A stretch of DNA of 29,840 bases, from the NCBI GenBank assembly GCA_903889605.1, contig CAISYK010000953.1, positions 1 through 29,840 of the forward strand, read 5' to 3'. Positions 10,701 through 17,800 of this stretch are shown here, piece by piece (within the stretch, counting starts at the first letter, position 1; each line of letters begins with the position of its first letter). The notes beneath the pieces are model-generated. The model was given only the letters and a program-made list of their open reading frames with translations, ran no database searches and was not told where the DNA came from. The position numbers were made by a program, and so were the translations under genes. This DNA comes from an uncultured Bacteroidota bacterium. GTDB lineage: Bacteria > Bacteroidota > Bacteroidia > 2-12-FULL-35-15.

Positions 10701-13700
10701 TTCTATTCCTGCTGCACCCGGAATAATTACCGGTTCAGCAGCAGTTTGTGAGGGCAGTTCAAATATTTTCAGCGTGACAACCGTACCTGATGCAACTGTA
10801 TATAACTGGACGTTACCATTAGGCTGGACTGGCTCTTCAACAACAAATAGTATTACGGCAGGCGCTAATAATACAGCTGGCAACATTACAGTCACCGCAG
10901 GCAATATTTGCGGCACAAGCAGCGCTCAAACGCTAGCGGTAACAATCAACCCCTTACCGAATGTGACAGCTGGAGGCACAGCAACAATCTGTGCAGGACA
11001 ATCAACCCCTTTAACATCCGGCGGCGGAATATTATTCAGCTGGCTGCCAACAACCGGATTAAACAATCCTTCTATCTCTAATCCTTCTGCCAGCCCAACC
11101 ACAACAACTACTTATACTGTTACAGGAACTTCGGCATCTTCATGCTATGCCACCGCCACAGTAACAATAACAGTAACACCCGGCCCTACAATCACTCCTT
11201 CTGCAAGCACTTCAATTTGTGCAGGCAGCAGTACCGCATTATCTGCAAGCGGGGCGACTGCATTCAGCTGGCTTCCTGTGACTGGACTTAGCAACCCTTC
11301 GATATCAAATCCATCGGCAACCCCATCGGCTACTACTACTTATACCGTAACGGGCACGACAGGTTTGTGTTCTGGTACAGCATCAGTTACCATTACCGTT
11401 AATTCTATTCCTACTGTTACAGCGGGCACAGCAGCTACTATCTGTTCGGGATCTTCTACTCCTTTAACTTCAGGCGGTGCTTCAGGTTTCAGCTGGCTGC
11501 CTACAGCAGGATTAAGCAGCGCCTCGATTTCAAATCCGTCCGCATCTCCAGCAGCAACAACTACATATACTGTCACAGGAACGTCTTTAAATTGTTCTTC
11601 AACCGCAACGGTTACAATTACTGTAAATGCTTTAACCGTTAGTGCCGGCAGTGATGCCGCAATCTGCCAAGGCGGTAATACTGCACTTTCCGCTTCCGGA
11701 GGAACGGCGTTTTCATGGCTGCCTGCAACAGGGCTTAGTGCTGCTAATATCGCAAATCCAACAGCAAGCCCAACAACAACTACAACATATACAGTAACTG
11801 TCACTTCCGGCTTATGTTCTGCGACTGATGCGGTTTTGGTAACAGTAAATTCACCTCCGACTGCTAATGCCGGTTCGGATGTTTCAATAGCATGCGGTGG
11901 AAATACAACACTTTCAGCAAGCGGAGGCGGAACCTATTCATGGCTGCCTGCAACCGGATTAAGTAATACAAATACAGCAAATCCAGTTTGTACTCCTCCA
12001 TATTCAATTACATATACAGTGACTGTTTCTAACGGAACATGTTCGGCAACTGACCAGGTAATTGTAACAGCAGGTTCACTCACAGCAAATGCAGGCACAG
12101 ATGCCTCTATTTGTACAGGAGGCAGCACAACGCTGAGCGGTTCTTCTTCTGCTCTTCCATGGGTTGATGTAGCAAACAGCTATTCATTCGCTCAGAATAC
12201 TGCATCGTTTACGCTGATTACCGGCGGAACTATTGTTTTGAACTCTGGAAGTTCATCAATGGATGACATCGTTTCCGGTCCTTTCACCATGCCTTCATTT
12301 AAATTTAATAATATTACCTATACTTCTGTATATATATCCACCAACGGATTCATTACATTCGGTTCTGCACCTACGAGCACTAATTACAATCCAATAAGTT
12401 CTTCAGAAACTTATGCCGGTGCCGTTTCAGGATTCGGTGTAGATTTAAACAGAGCTGCTGCCGGAACACCTGAGATCAGATACCAGACTGTTGGAACTGA
12501 ATTCATTGTTCAGTATAGGGATATGGGAAGGTATGGTTCAGGAGGTACGCTGGATAGGCTCAGTTTCCAGATTCGTTTAAATACAGTTGGCAATACAGTA
12601 AAAGTTGTTTATGATGCACCAGGCCTCATAGGAGCAGCTTCTTCTGATCCTGAAGTAGGATTAAGAGGTCCGAACAATACTTTTACCACCAACGTTCATA
12701 ACAGGTCGGTAATATCCTCAACAGGATCATGGGTAAACTCAACGCAGGGCAGCGCAAATTCAAGTGTATGCTTCTTCGAAAGCTCTGCTCCAAATACGAA
12801 ACCCAGTGCCGGAACTACATTCACATGGACTCCGGTAAGCGGCGGAACAACCACCTATGCATGGTCTCCTTCAACCGGTTTGAGTTCAACCACAATTGCA
12901 AATCCTGCGGCGAATCCAACAACTACCACTACATATACGCTGACTGCAACAAACGGATCCTGCAGTGCTATTGATATGGTAACTGTTACTGTAGGGATAA
13001 GTAATGCTAATGCCGGTGCTGATGCAGCAATATGTACAGGTGGAAATACCAATCTAAACGCAACAGGAGCAACAACTTATTCGTGGCTGCCTGCGACAGG
13101 CCTTAGTGCTGCTAATATTGCAAATCCTATTGCATCACCAACAACGACAACCTCCTACACGGTAACCGGAACCAGCGGAACATGCACATCAACTGATATA
13201 GTTGTTGTTACAGTTAATTCAGTGCCTGTTGCTAATGCAGGAAACGATGTGTCGATTTGCACAGGAAACAGTACTGCGCTAAGTGCATCCAGCGGTTCGA
13301 CCTATTCATGGCTGCCTGCCACTGGATTAAGCTCAGCAGCAATTGCAAACCCTTCGGCAAATCCAAGTTCAACAACAACATATACCGTGACCGTTTCGAA
13401 CGGAAGCTGCTCATCAACGGATATGGTTATAGTTACAGTTGTAGCTCCTCCAGCAGCCAATGCAGGAACTGATGCGGCAATCTGCGCAGGAAACAATACT
13501 GTATTGAGTGCATCAGGCGGAACATCTTATACCTGGCTGCCAGCAGCAGGATTAAGCAGCGTTTCGATAGCCAGCCCGGTTGCATCTCCAACAACTACGA
13601 CAACATATACAGTATCTGTTTCGAACGGAACATGTGCTGTAACAGATATGGTAGTGGTTACAGTGAATACGGTTCCAGCAAATGCCGGATCTAATGCAGC

Positions 13701-14655
13701 AATTTGCAGCGGAAACAGCGCGGCGTTATCTGCATCAGGCGGCACCTCATACTCCTGGTCGCCCGGCACAGGCTTAAGCTCAACGAGCATCGCTAATCCT
13801 ACAGCAAATCCGACAGTTACAACAACTTATACTGTGATAGTTTCAGATGGAACTTGTTCCGCGACAGATTCTGTGATTGTTGCCGTGGCCAGTTCCCTTC
13901 CAGCCTCTCCGTCTTCGATAATCGGTGCAGCGTCTATTTGTGCTGGTTCAAATCAAACATACTCTGTTGCTTCTGATCCAAATATATCTTCATATGCATG
14001 GGTAATTCCAGGAGGGTGGAATGGTTCTTCTGTAACTAACAGCATCACAGCTTCTGCTGGTTCAAATGGCGGAATAATAGAAGTAACAGCGACAAATGGA
14101 TGCGGATCTGCTGCGCCTGCCGCATTGAACCTAACCGTAAATCCATTACCAACAGTCACAATGTCGGCACTTGGAACAGTTTGTGTTTATTCTCCAGCAT
14201 TTACACTTTCAGGCGGCAGTCCTGCAGGCGGGATTTATTCAGGTTCTGGTGTAACCAGCAATACTATTTTCACACCTGTATCGGCTGGTGCCGGCACCTT
14301 CATTATTACGTATGTTTACACTGATGGGAATGGCTGTTCAAATAATGCAAACAGTGCAATCAATGTGGATGTGTGTACCGGAATTACCGCTTTAACAGAT
14401 AATAGTAAAAGTGATGTTATTGTATTTCCAAATCCATTCAGCACTTATACAACAGTTCATATCAACGGAAACATAATCTTGAATGGCTCTGCTGTTAAGG
14501 TGTTTGATTTGACCGGCAAAAATGTTCTAAACATTACGAATATACAATCATACGATGTGAAAATAGAAAGGAAGGATTTGCAGGCAGGGATTTACTTCTA
14601 CCAGTTCGTGAACGATAATCATATTGTAAGTACCGGCAAATTGATTATTAATTAA
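1708..14655 (+). CDS. Giant (4315 aa) T9SS-secreted multi-repeat surface protein / putative adhesin with type A CTD
   Basis: Uninterrupted ORF; signal peptide MKFVKLLSIALFTAFIFQSAKA-Q; about 45 tandem beta-sandwich-type repeats of several classes; C-terminal VFPNPFS...VFDLTGK...GIYFY...GKLIIN (nt 14377-14655). Confidence 0.9.
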   Translation: MKFVKLLSIALFTAFIFQSAKAQTVTVITPNGGEVLYACQSYNITWSQTGNPSNYWNIDYSSNGGATWTSVASNLLISNGTFAWTVPNLQSSTVIMRIVDAANGNVTDQSNSNFSINIPVTVNIPNGGESWLAGTTQNITWTALGTSGIFDIYYSVNGGSSWNTIVSNYTTGAGTYAWVVPNNPSAFCLVKVQDHTTSCRVDNSNTNFTIVAATPIVLTPNGTETMYMNCVYTITWNTQTFYSPVKLEYSTNSGSTWVTIVSSTSNSGAYSWTIPSTASGSCLVKASNTADLASYDVSNAVFAISPAVTVVSPNGTETLNGCSSYTITWNKTTCVGNWNIAYSADNGGSWTNIVTNLANTGVNSQSYTWYVPNNITTSQALIRVESYNNPGTYTDASNAAFNINPNNNITVSAPNGTETWIGCSSYSINWTKLSAPCNTYFDLYYSLNNGSTYNYITTVADNGQTSQSYSWSIPNTLNSSQCLIKVASDNWPTVFDVSNAAFTITPSADVTVLIPNGAEVWQGLTSHNITWSNLSGASGLYNVEYSTNNGSNWTSLASNISGNSYTWASVPNTPSTTCLVRVTDYLNPCKYDMSNAVFTISAAAPVLTYLNGGEIINVGCSSSIYWTAATFYSSVNLYYSTNGGSSYTLIASSLPNNGSYSWTVPNDASANCLIKAANSADVNVFDVSNAPFTINVPLTITAANGGESWIGCNSYNITWTKSNCLGNWNLYYSTNNGSTWTAIVNYLANSGTASQSYLWQVPNGITTTQAKIKVESYNDPSTYFDVSDAAFNINPSNDITVTAPNGGETLTALTTYVITWTNLPAASGQYSLQYSTNNGASYSSIVSNITGNSYTWTVPNTSSSQCLVKVIDYVNTCKFDVSNAPFTITPAGPVLLSPNGGETAYINCYTTITWASSTFISAVKLEYSTNNGSTWTLITSSTSNTGSYSWLVPNTVSANCIIKASNTSNLTLFDVSDAVFAIAPAATVTSPNGGETLTGCSNYTITWSKSICLGNWNLEYSTNNGVSWTTISNNISNTGANIQSYNWYVPNSITTAQGLIRVSSYSNPGTYFDASNAVFSINPNNNITVVSPNGGEVWAGCSTYNITWSKLTSPCNTSFDLYYSLNNGSTYTYFASASDNGLASQSYSWSIPNTLSGNQCLIKVVSGNWPTVFDVSDAVFTINPSVDITVTSPNGGEVWQGLSSHVITWTNLQGASGLYNIEYSINNGTNWIQLAANYSGNSYTWPIVPNTPSTACLVRVTDYLTPCKYDVSNAVFTISPATPILTSPNGGQTFKVGCGASITWTSSTYYSTVTLYYSSNGGTTWNSIATVANNGAYTWTVPNAASGNCLIKAANSADLNVFDISDAPFTISVPLTVTSANGGESWVGCSTYNITWTKSTCIGNWNISYSTDNGANWIAIANNVTNTGVASQSYPWSVPNTITTTQALIKVESYTSPGIYFDVSDAVFTINPSNDLTIITPNGGETIASLTNYNITWSNLPAASGQYDLYYSTNNGGSWTNIVSNITGNSYTWSVPNLSSTQCLIKVYDYVNSCKYDVSNAVFTITPPTPILLTPNGGETLYIGCSYNITWNPSTFISTVNLDYSTNGGITWLPILAGTANDGTQSWTIPNTQSLNCRVRASNSIDVSIFDISDASFTIAPSVQVITPNGGETLTGCSSYNITWNKTNCVGSWNIQYSLNNGVSWTNIVTNLTTTGPNSQTYIWYVPNNLTTTQGLIKVSSYLNPSTYWDQSNAVFSINPSNNIVLITPNGGETWTGCQSYNITWSKSSSPCNTNYDLYYSLNNGVSYVYFANVADNGNPTQTYSWTVPNTISSTQVLIKVVSGNWPTVFDVSNAVFNINMNVDVTVTSPNGGESLQGLSTQVITWNNSVYASGLYNIYYSTNGGSTWNTIATNVFANSYTWSVPNTPSTTCLIKVEDYLADCRFDISNANFTISPATPILLTPNGGEVLNSGQTYGITWTASTYFSTVNLYYSADNGITWNTIVTNQTNSGSYTWTVPNVNSANCLVKAANFADVTIFDVSDAVFTIKPAVKIVTPNGGESVGGCTVTSITWERSPYWNSYKIEYSTNNGASWNTIAASYSTSANPATYIWTLPNTASAQTLVRVTPTLAVSYYDQSDNVFTITHPVTIIQPNLGGTMTVGNTYNITWNSDGISNLYDIYYSTNGGTSYTNIVTAYNTSTNIYAWTVPNFPSTNCKIWVKDNTASCKQDTSDVVFTISLTAAPITVLTPNGGENLSGCFPYNITWSEPTTIGTYDILYSTNSGSSWNNIVTGYATSSHNYAWNIPNTINSSTCLIRVRSTSTPTTYDQSDALLSIHYGNLTALPSDTTVCSGHTVQLNASNGVNYTWSPSTGLSCTSCANPIATPLAGTTYTVTSTNNGCILTDTARINVFTASVTIAASPAGTICTGTSVTFTAAPVNGGTTPAYQWYLNGTPTGSNSPTFTNSGLANGNQVYCVMTSNAPCLITNTATSGTITMNVISIPAVPGTISGTTTICSGTSNTYSITAVSGATFYTWTLPGGWTGTSTTISIPSTSSSTSGNITVTSGNTCGSSSAKTLAVTVNVIPSTPGTISGLTTICSGTSNTYSVIAVSGATSYSWTLPGGWTGTSATNSITATASTTSGSITVTANNSCGNSSAQTSAIIVNTTPAMPGTISGTTPICAGSTNTYSVTAVSGASSYTWTLPNGWTGTSAAASISAAASTTSGNITVTADNTCGSSAVKTLAVIVNSIPAVPGTITGSATICQGSSNTYSITAVSGAAFYTWTLPGGWTGTSSTNSITSTAGNTSGNITVTAGNTCGSSSAQTLAATVNLIPNAPGTISGLSTICSGTSNTYSITAVSGAASYTWTLPGGWTGTSATNSITAASSTTSGNVTVTANNSCGSSSAQTLPITVNTPPAIPGTISGTTPICSGTSNTYSITAVSGATSYTWTLPNGWTGTSTTASITAAANTTSGSLTVTANNGCGGSAVKTLAVNVYSIPAAPGIITGSAAVCEGSSNIFSVTTVPDATVYNWTLPLGWTGSSTTNSITAGANNTAGNITVTAGNICGTSSAQTLAVTINPLPNVTAGGTATICAGQSTPLTSGGGILFSWLPTTGLNNPSISNPSASPTTTTTYTVTGTSASSCYATATVTITVTPGPTITPSASTSICAGSSTALSASGATAFSWLPVTGLSNPSISNPSATPSATTTYTVTGTTGLCSGTASVTITVNSIPTVTAGTAATICSGSSTPLTSGGASGFSWLPTAGLSSASISNPSASPAATTTYTVTGTSLNCSSTATVTITVNALTVSAGSDAAICQGGNTALSASGGTAFSWLPATGLSAANIANPTASPTTTTTYTVTVTSGLCSATDAVLVTVNSPPTANAGSDVSIACGGNTTLSASGGGTYSWLPATGLSNTNTANPVCTPPYSITYTVTVSNGTCSATDQVIVTAGSLTANAGTDASICTGGSTTLSGSSSALPWVDVANSYSFAQNTASFTLITGGTIVLNSGSSSMDDIVSGPFTMPSFKFNNITYTSVYISTNGFITFGSAPTSTNYNPISSSETYAGAVSGFGVDLNRAAAGTPEIRYQTVGTEFIVQYRDMGRYGSGGTLDRLSFQIRLNTVGNTVKVVYDAPGLIGAASSDPEVGLRGPNNTFTTNVHNRSVISSTGSWVNSTQGSANSSVCFFESSAPNTKPSAGTTFTWTPVSGGTTTYAWSPSTGLSSTTIANPAANPTTTTTYTLTATNGSCSAIDMVTVTVGISNANAGADAAICTGGNTNLNATGATTYSWLPATGLSAANIANPIASPTTTTSYTVTGTSGTCTSTDIVVVTVNSVPVANAGNDVSICTGNSTALSASSGSTYSWLPATGLSSAAIANPSANPSSTTTYTVTVSNGSCSSTDMVIVTVVAPPAANAGTDAAICAGNNTVLSASGGTSYTWLPAAGLSSVSIASPVASPTTTTTYTVSVSNGTCAVTDMVVVTVNTVPANAGSNAAICSGNSAALSASGGTSYSWSPGTGLSSTSIANPTANPTVTTTYTVIVSDGTCSATDSVIVAVASSLPASPSSIIGAASICAGSNQTYSVASDPNISSYAWVIPGGWNGSSVTNSITASAGSNGGIIEVTATNGCGSAAPAALNLTVNPLPTVTMSALGTVCVYSPAFTLSGGSPAGGIYSGSGVTSNTIFTPVSAGAGTFIITYVYTDGNGCSNNANSAINVDVCTGITALTDNSKSDVIVFPNPFSTYTTVHINGNIILNGSAVKVFDLTGKNVLNITNIQSYDVKIERKDLQAGIYFYQFVNDNHIVSTGKLIIN
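1777..8721 (+). repeat. 24 tandem ~95-aa PNGGE...ITW...YSxNxG..W...W.VPN...D.S...F.I repeats (resemble the Kre9/KNH Ser-Thr-rich family, PF10342)
   Basis: Counted directly in the translation (aa 24-2338). The family name is from recognition of the consensus, not an HMM run. Confidence 0.85.
9211..10953 (+). repeat. Seven tandem 83-aa (249-nt) PKD-like repeats (PGTISG..TIC.G..NTYS...YTWTLP.GWTG...CG; resemble PF19408); an eighth copy lies at 13897-14145
   Basis: Exact 249-nt spacing: starts at 9211, 9460, 9709, 9958, 10207, 10456 and 10705. Confidence 0.85.
10954..13896 (+). repeat. Ten tandem ~75-aa Ig/PKD-like repeats (ANAG.D..IC.G....LSASGG..YSWLP.TGLS...IANP.A.P..TTTYTV...C); the sixth is split by an inserted domain
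   Basis: Counted in the translation. A further copy of this repeat type lies at 8722-8943. Confidence 0.85.
12151..12840 (+). other. ~230-aa non-repeat domain inserted inside a repeat of the giant protein; possibly nidogen/NIDO-like
   Basis: The host repeat reads TTLSGSSS-[insert]-GGTTTYAWSPSTGLS. The insert carries F.FNNITY..VYISTNGFITFG, which resembles the motif at the start of NIDO-like domains. It is homologous to nt 20847-21566. Confidence 0.7.
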
Positions 14656-14708
14656 GTTCAGGCCAAATGACAAATATTTTCAGAGGACTGATTGATTATT
14701 AAAAAAGT

Positions 14709-14741
14709 GCCCCCCCCTGTCAATTTTTTTGACAGGAGGGG
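14709..14741. terminator. Hairpin between convergent genes; probable terminator or REP-like element
   Basis: CCCCCCCTGTCAA-TTTTT-TTGACAGGAGGGG forms a 13-bp stem with one mismatch. An A-tract at 14701-14706 would give a U-tract on the minus strand. Confidence 0.55.
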
Positions 14742-14852
14742 TTTGCTTAAACATGATGCATAAAGAAATAGGCTGAAACAAAAGCATTCAAAACATATTT
14801 TTATTGCCTCAGAAGGTTGTATTTCAGGTGAGAAAATTAAATGTGGATTTAG

Positions 14853-17800
14853 TTATCCTACCACTTTTCCTTCTTCAATGTATACTAATAACTTTTCAGT
14901 AACTGTATAACCCATTTGGTTTAACAAATCGGCATATTGAAGAATTTGTTTTGTGTGTGCCGGCTTTTCTTCACCTGTTTTATAATCAATAATTACGGCT
15001 GTTAATCCGCTTTCTGACTTTGAATGCAGAATAACTCTGTCGAGGCGGAATTTTTCGCCGGTCAAAGAAATTATTTCAGCTTCATTTTTCACAACTAAGC
15101 CATGTGCAAAATGCGCTTTAAGTTTCGGCAGTTTAATGATTTTTTTAATTACGGCCAACAAATTTTCTTTTTCATCGGAAGTAACCAACCCTTCAGAAAA
15201 CATTGAATTTACAGCAGATTCAACATCATCTGCTGTTTTAATTTTTGCCAAAGCCGTATGAACCATCACACCGTAATCTTTTTTACTGTCGGCCATTTCT
15301 AAATTCCAAATACTTGGAGCCGCGGTGCGCATTTTAATATTATTTCTCCACTGATTAGAATTGAAAGTTTCAAGTTTAAAATTTAAAATTTTAGAACTTT
15401 GTAAATGTTTTTGATGTTCGGTCTCTTTACCAAAAGTATAAACGGTTTCCCCCTCCTGCCATTCACCATTAATTTGATAATAATGTGCAAACATATCACT
15501 AACTGTACTCAAATTGGCGGGAAATTTTGATGGTTTACCGGTAAGTATATACAAACGTTCTTCTGGGCGTGTCAGAGCTACATATAAAACATTCAAACTA
15601 TCAAGCAGGGACTTATTTTTTTCATCATCATATAAATCGCCGTAAGGGGTTTCCCTTAAACTTTCGCTGGCCGAAACCAATGCAGAAGCCATTTGCGGGA
15701 TTTTTGAATTTTCTAAATCTACCCATAAATGTTTTTTTCCTTTTTCTACTTTTCCATTAGAAAAAGGCAGTATTACCACCGGAAATTCAAGTCCTTTGGC
15801 TCGGTGAATTGTCATAATGGTAACCGCATTCATTCCAAGAGGCACTATCAATGAGGCCTTAGCTTTTTTATCTTCCCAATAATCAATAAAATCATTCAGA
15901 TTATTGTTTTGTTTTATAGAATAGTTCAAGACTTCATCCAAATAAAATTGAATGTATGCATTGGGAGTTTTATTGAGTTTAAACAAACGCACGAGCTCTT
16001 CGCAAAGTTCATACAACGCCATTTTAGAAAGCGCATTTGTATTAAAATCAGGACAAACTTTTTTAACGATTGAAATAAATTCCTGTTTATTTTCAACCAG
16101 CAGCTGGTTAATATCAAAGTTAAAATCAGCTCCGGCGATGTTCGAAACTTCTGAAATGGCAGGCTTTGAAGCATCATCAATAATTGCCTTTGCGGCATCA
16201 ACCCTAACTGGGTTTGAAACCCTGTCAGAGGGGGGGGGCGGAATAAGTTTAGAAGCAACAAAGTATTCCAATAATTCGGCCTGTATTATCTGGTCACTCG
16301 TATTATTCAAATATCTGAGCAGTGAATAAATAAAATTTACTTCGGCAGAATTGCTCAACAGGAGGGAATCCGAAGAAATCACTTCAATTCCTTTGTTTGA
16401 TAAATAATTTGCAATATCACTGCCGTCACTATTCTTCCTTACTAAAACGGCGACATCCCTTAGTTGAAAATTATGCTGCAGCAGATCCTGGATAATTGAA
16501 TATGTGCGTTCCAGATTTTGGTCCCGCATATCTTCTTTTTCACTGTCAAGAAATTCAACCTGAACGTATCCGCCAATATTTTCCGGATTAAATCCTTGTT
16601 CCAGCTTGTCGTAAATGCTCTTAAATTTATCGTTTAATTTATTGGACAGAGTTCTGAAAATAGAATTGTTGAATTCAATTATTTCACGTTTGCTGCGGTA
16701 ATTTTTATCCAGCATCTGAGGGTTATGATTCCGCTTCAAGGCTTGTTCGCGCTCTAATACCAGAGGGTTATTGTTGTGTGCAAATACTTCTGGCAGCATG
16801 GCAAACTGTTCAACTTCACCTCCGCGCCAGCGGTAAATAGCCTGTTTGCCGTCACCAACAAGCATGGTAAAATGCCCGCTTGCCAATGAATTATCAATTA
16901 AGGGCAGCAGGTTTTGAAATTGCAGAACAGAAGTATCCTGAAATTCATCAATCAGATAATTATTGTACCTCTCCCCCAAACGCTCATAAATAAAAGGAAT
17001 TGGCTCGTTAAGTACAATTTTGGCAATCAGTTTATTGAACTCAGAAATGTGCAGAATATTATTTTGAGCTTTATATTCATTCAGGAGCTTTTCAATTTCA
17101 TTTAATACCGCCAATGAATAAATTGTTGTATTAATCAACCTGAATAATGCCGCCTCCTGTAAATTAATTTTAATATAATTTAAAGCCTCATTAAACAAAT
17201 CAACTAACGCCTGTTTTACAGCATCAATACCATTTTTGTCAGCAGTATCTGCTTTACCTGCGTACCATTTATCAGCATCAATATTTTTCTGAATTGTATT
17301 TGAAGGCATCAATTTATCGAACCGTGATTCGGTCAGATAAGTAAAATACTTGCCTATACCATTGGCTCCGCCAGCGAATTTATCATGCTCAATTCCTGAA
17401 TCGCTGATAATTTTTAACGCATCTTTTCCGCACCTGTTAATGAATGCTTCAAATTTTTTAATCTCCGCCTGTATGGTGTCTTTAATTTTAAAAAAATCAT
17501 CAATGCTTAAATGCCTTAGCTTTTCAATGTGCACTGCGCCTTCTTCGTTGAGCAGATTTTTAGCAAAATATTTCAGGTCATTTTCTATGTGCCAGCTTTT
17601 TTCATCATCAGTTTTGCTTTCGGTAAATTCCACCAATGCCTTTGTCAGTGTTTCATCAGTTCCAATCTGTGCAATCAACAGGTCAATGGCTTGTGTCAGA
17701 AGTTTATCGTCATCCATTTCCAATTCAAAGCTCATTGGTATTTTTAGGTCAAATGCAAAAGTTCTTACTATCTTATGTACAAAGCTGTCGATGGTTCCAA

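Noticed and set aside
1777-13896. Nucleotide repeats as a CRISPR array or an assembly artefact
   Set aside because: The repeats are in-frame coding units of 225-300 nt with many synonymous differences. There is no repeat-spacer structure and no cas gene.
2394-14324. Many 60-160 aa ORFs antisense or out of frame within the giant gene (for example 9555-10028 and 11340-11804)
   Set aside because: They are shadows of Thr/Ser/Ala-rich repeat codons, which read as Val/Pro-rich text on the other strand. They recur with the host repeats and show no independent motifs.
1708-14655. The giant protein as an SprB gliding adhesin
   Set aside because: SprB has a type B CTD and a neighbouring SprF/PorP-like gene. 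This protein has a type A CTD, no such neighbour, and I did not see SprB-type repeats.
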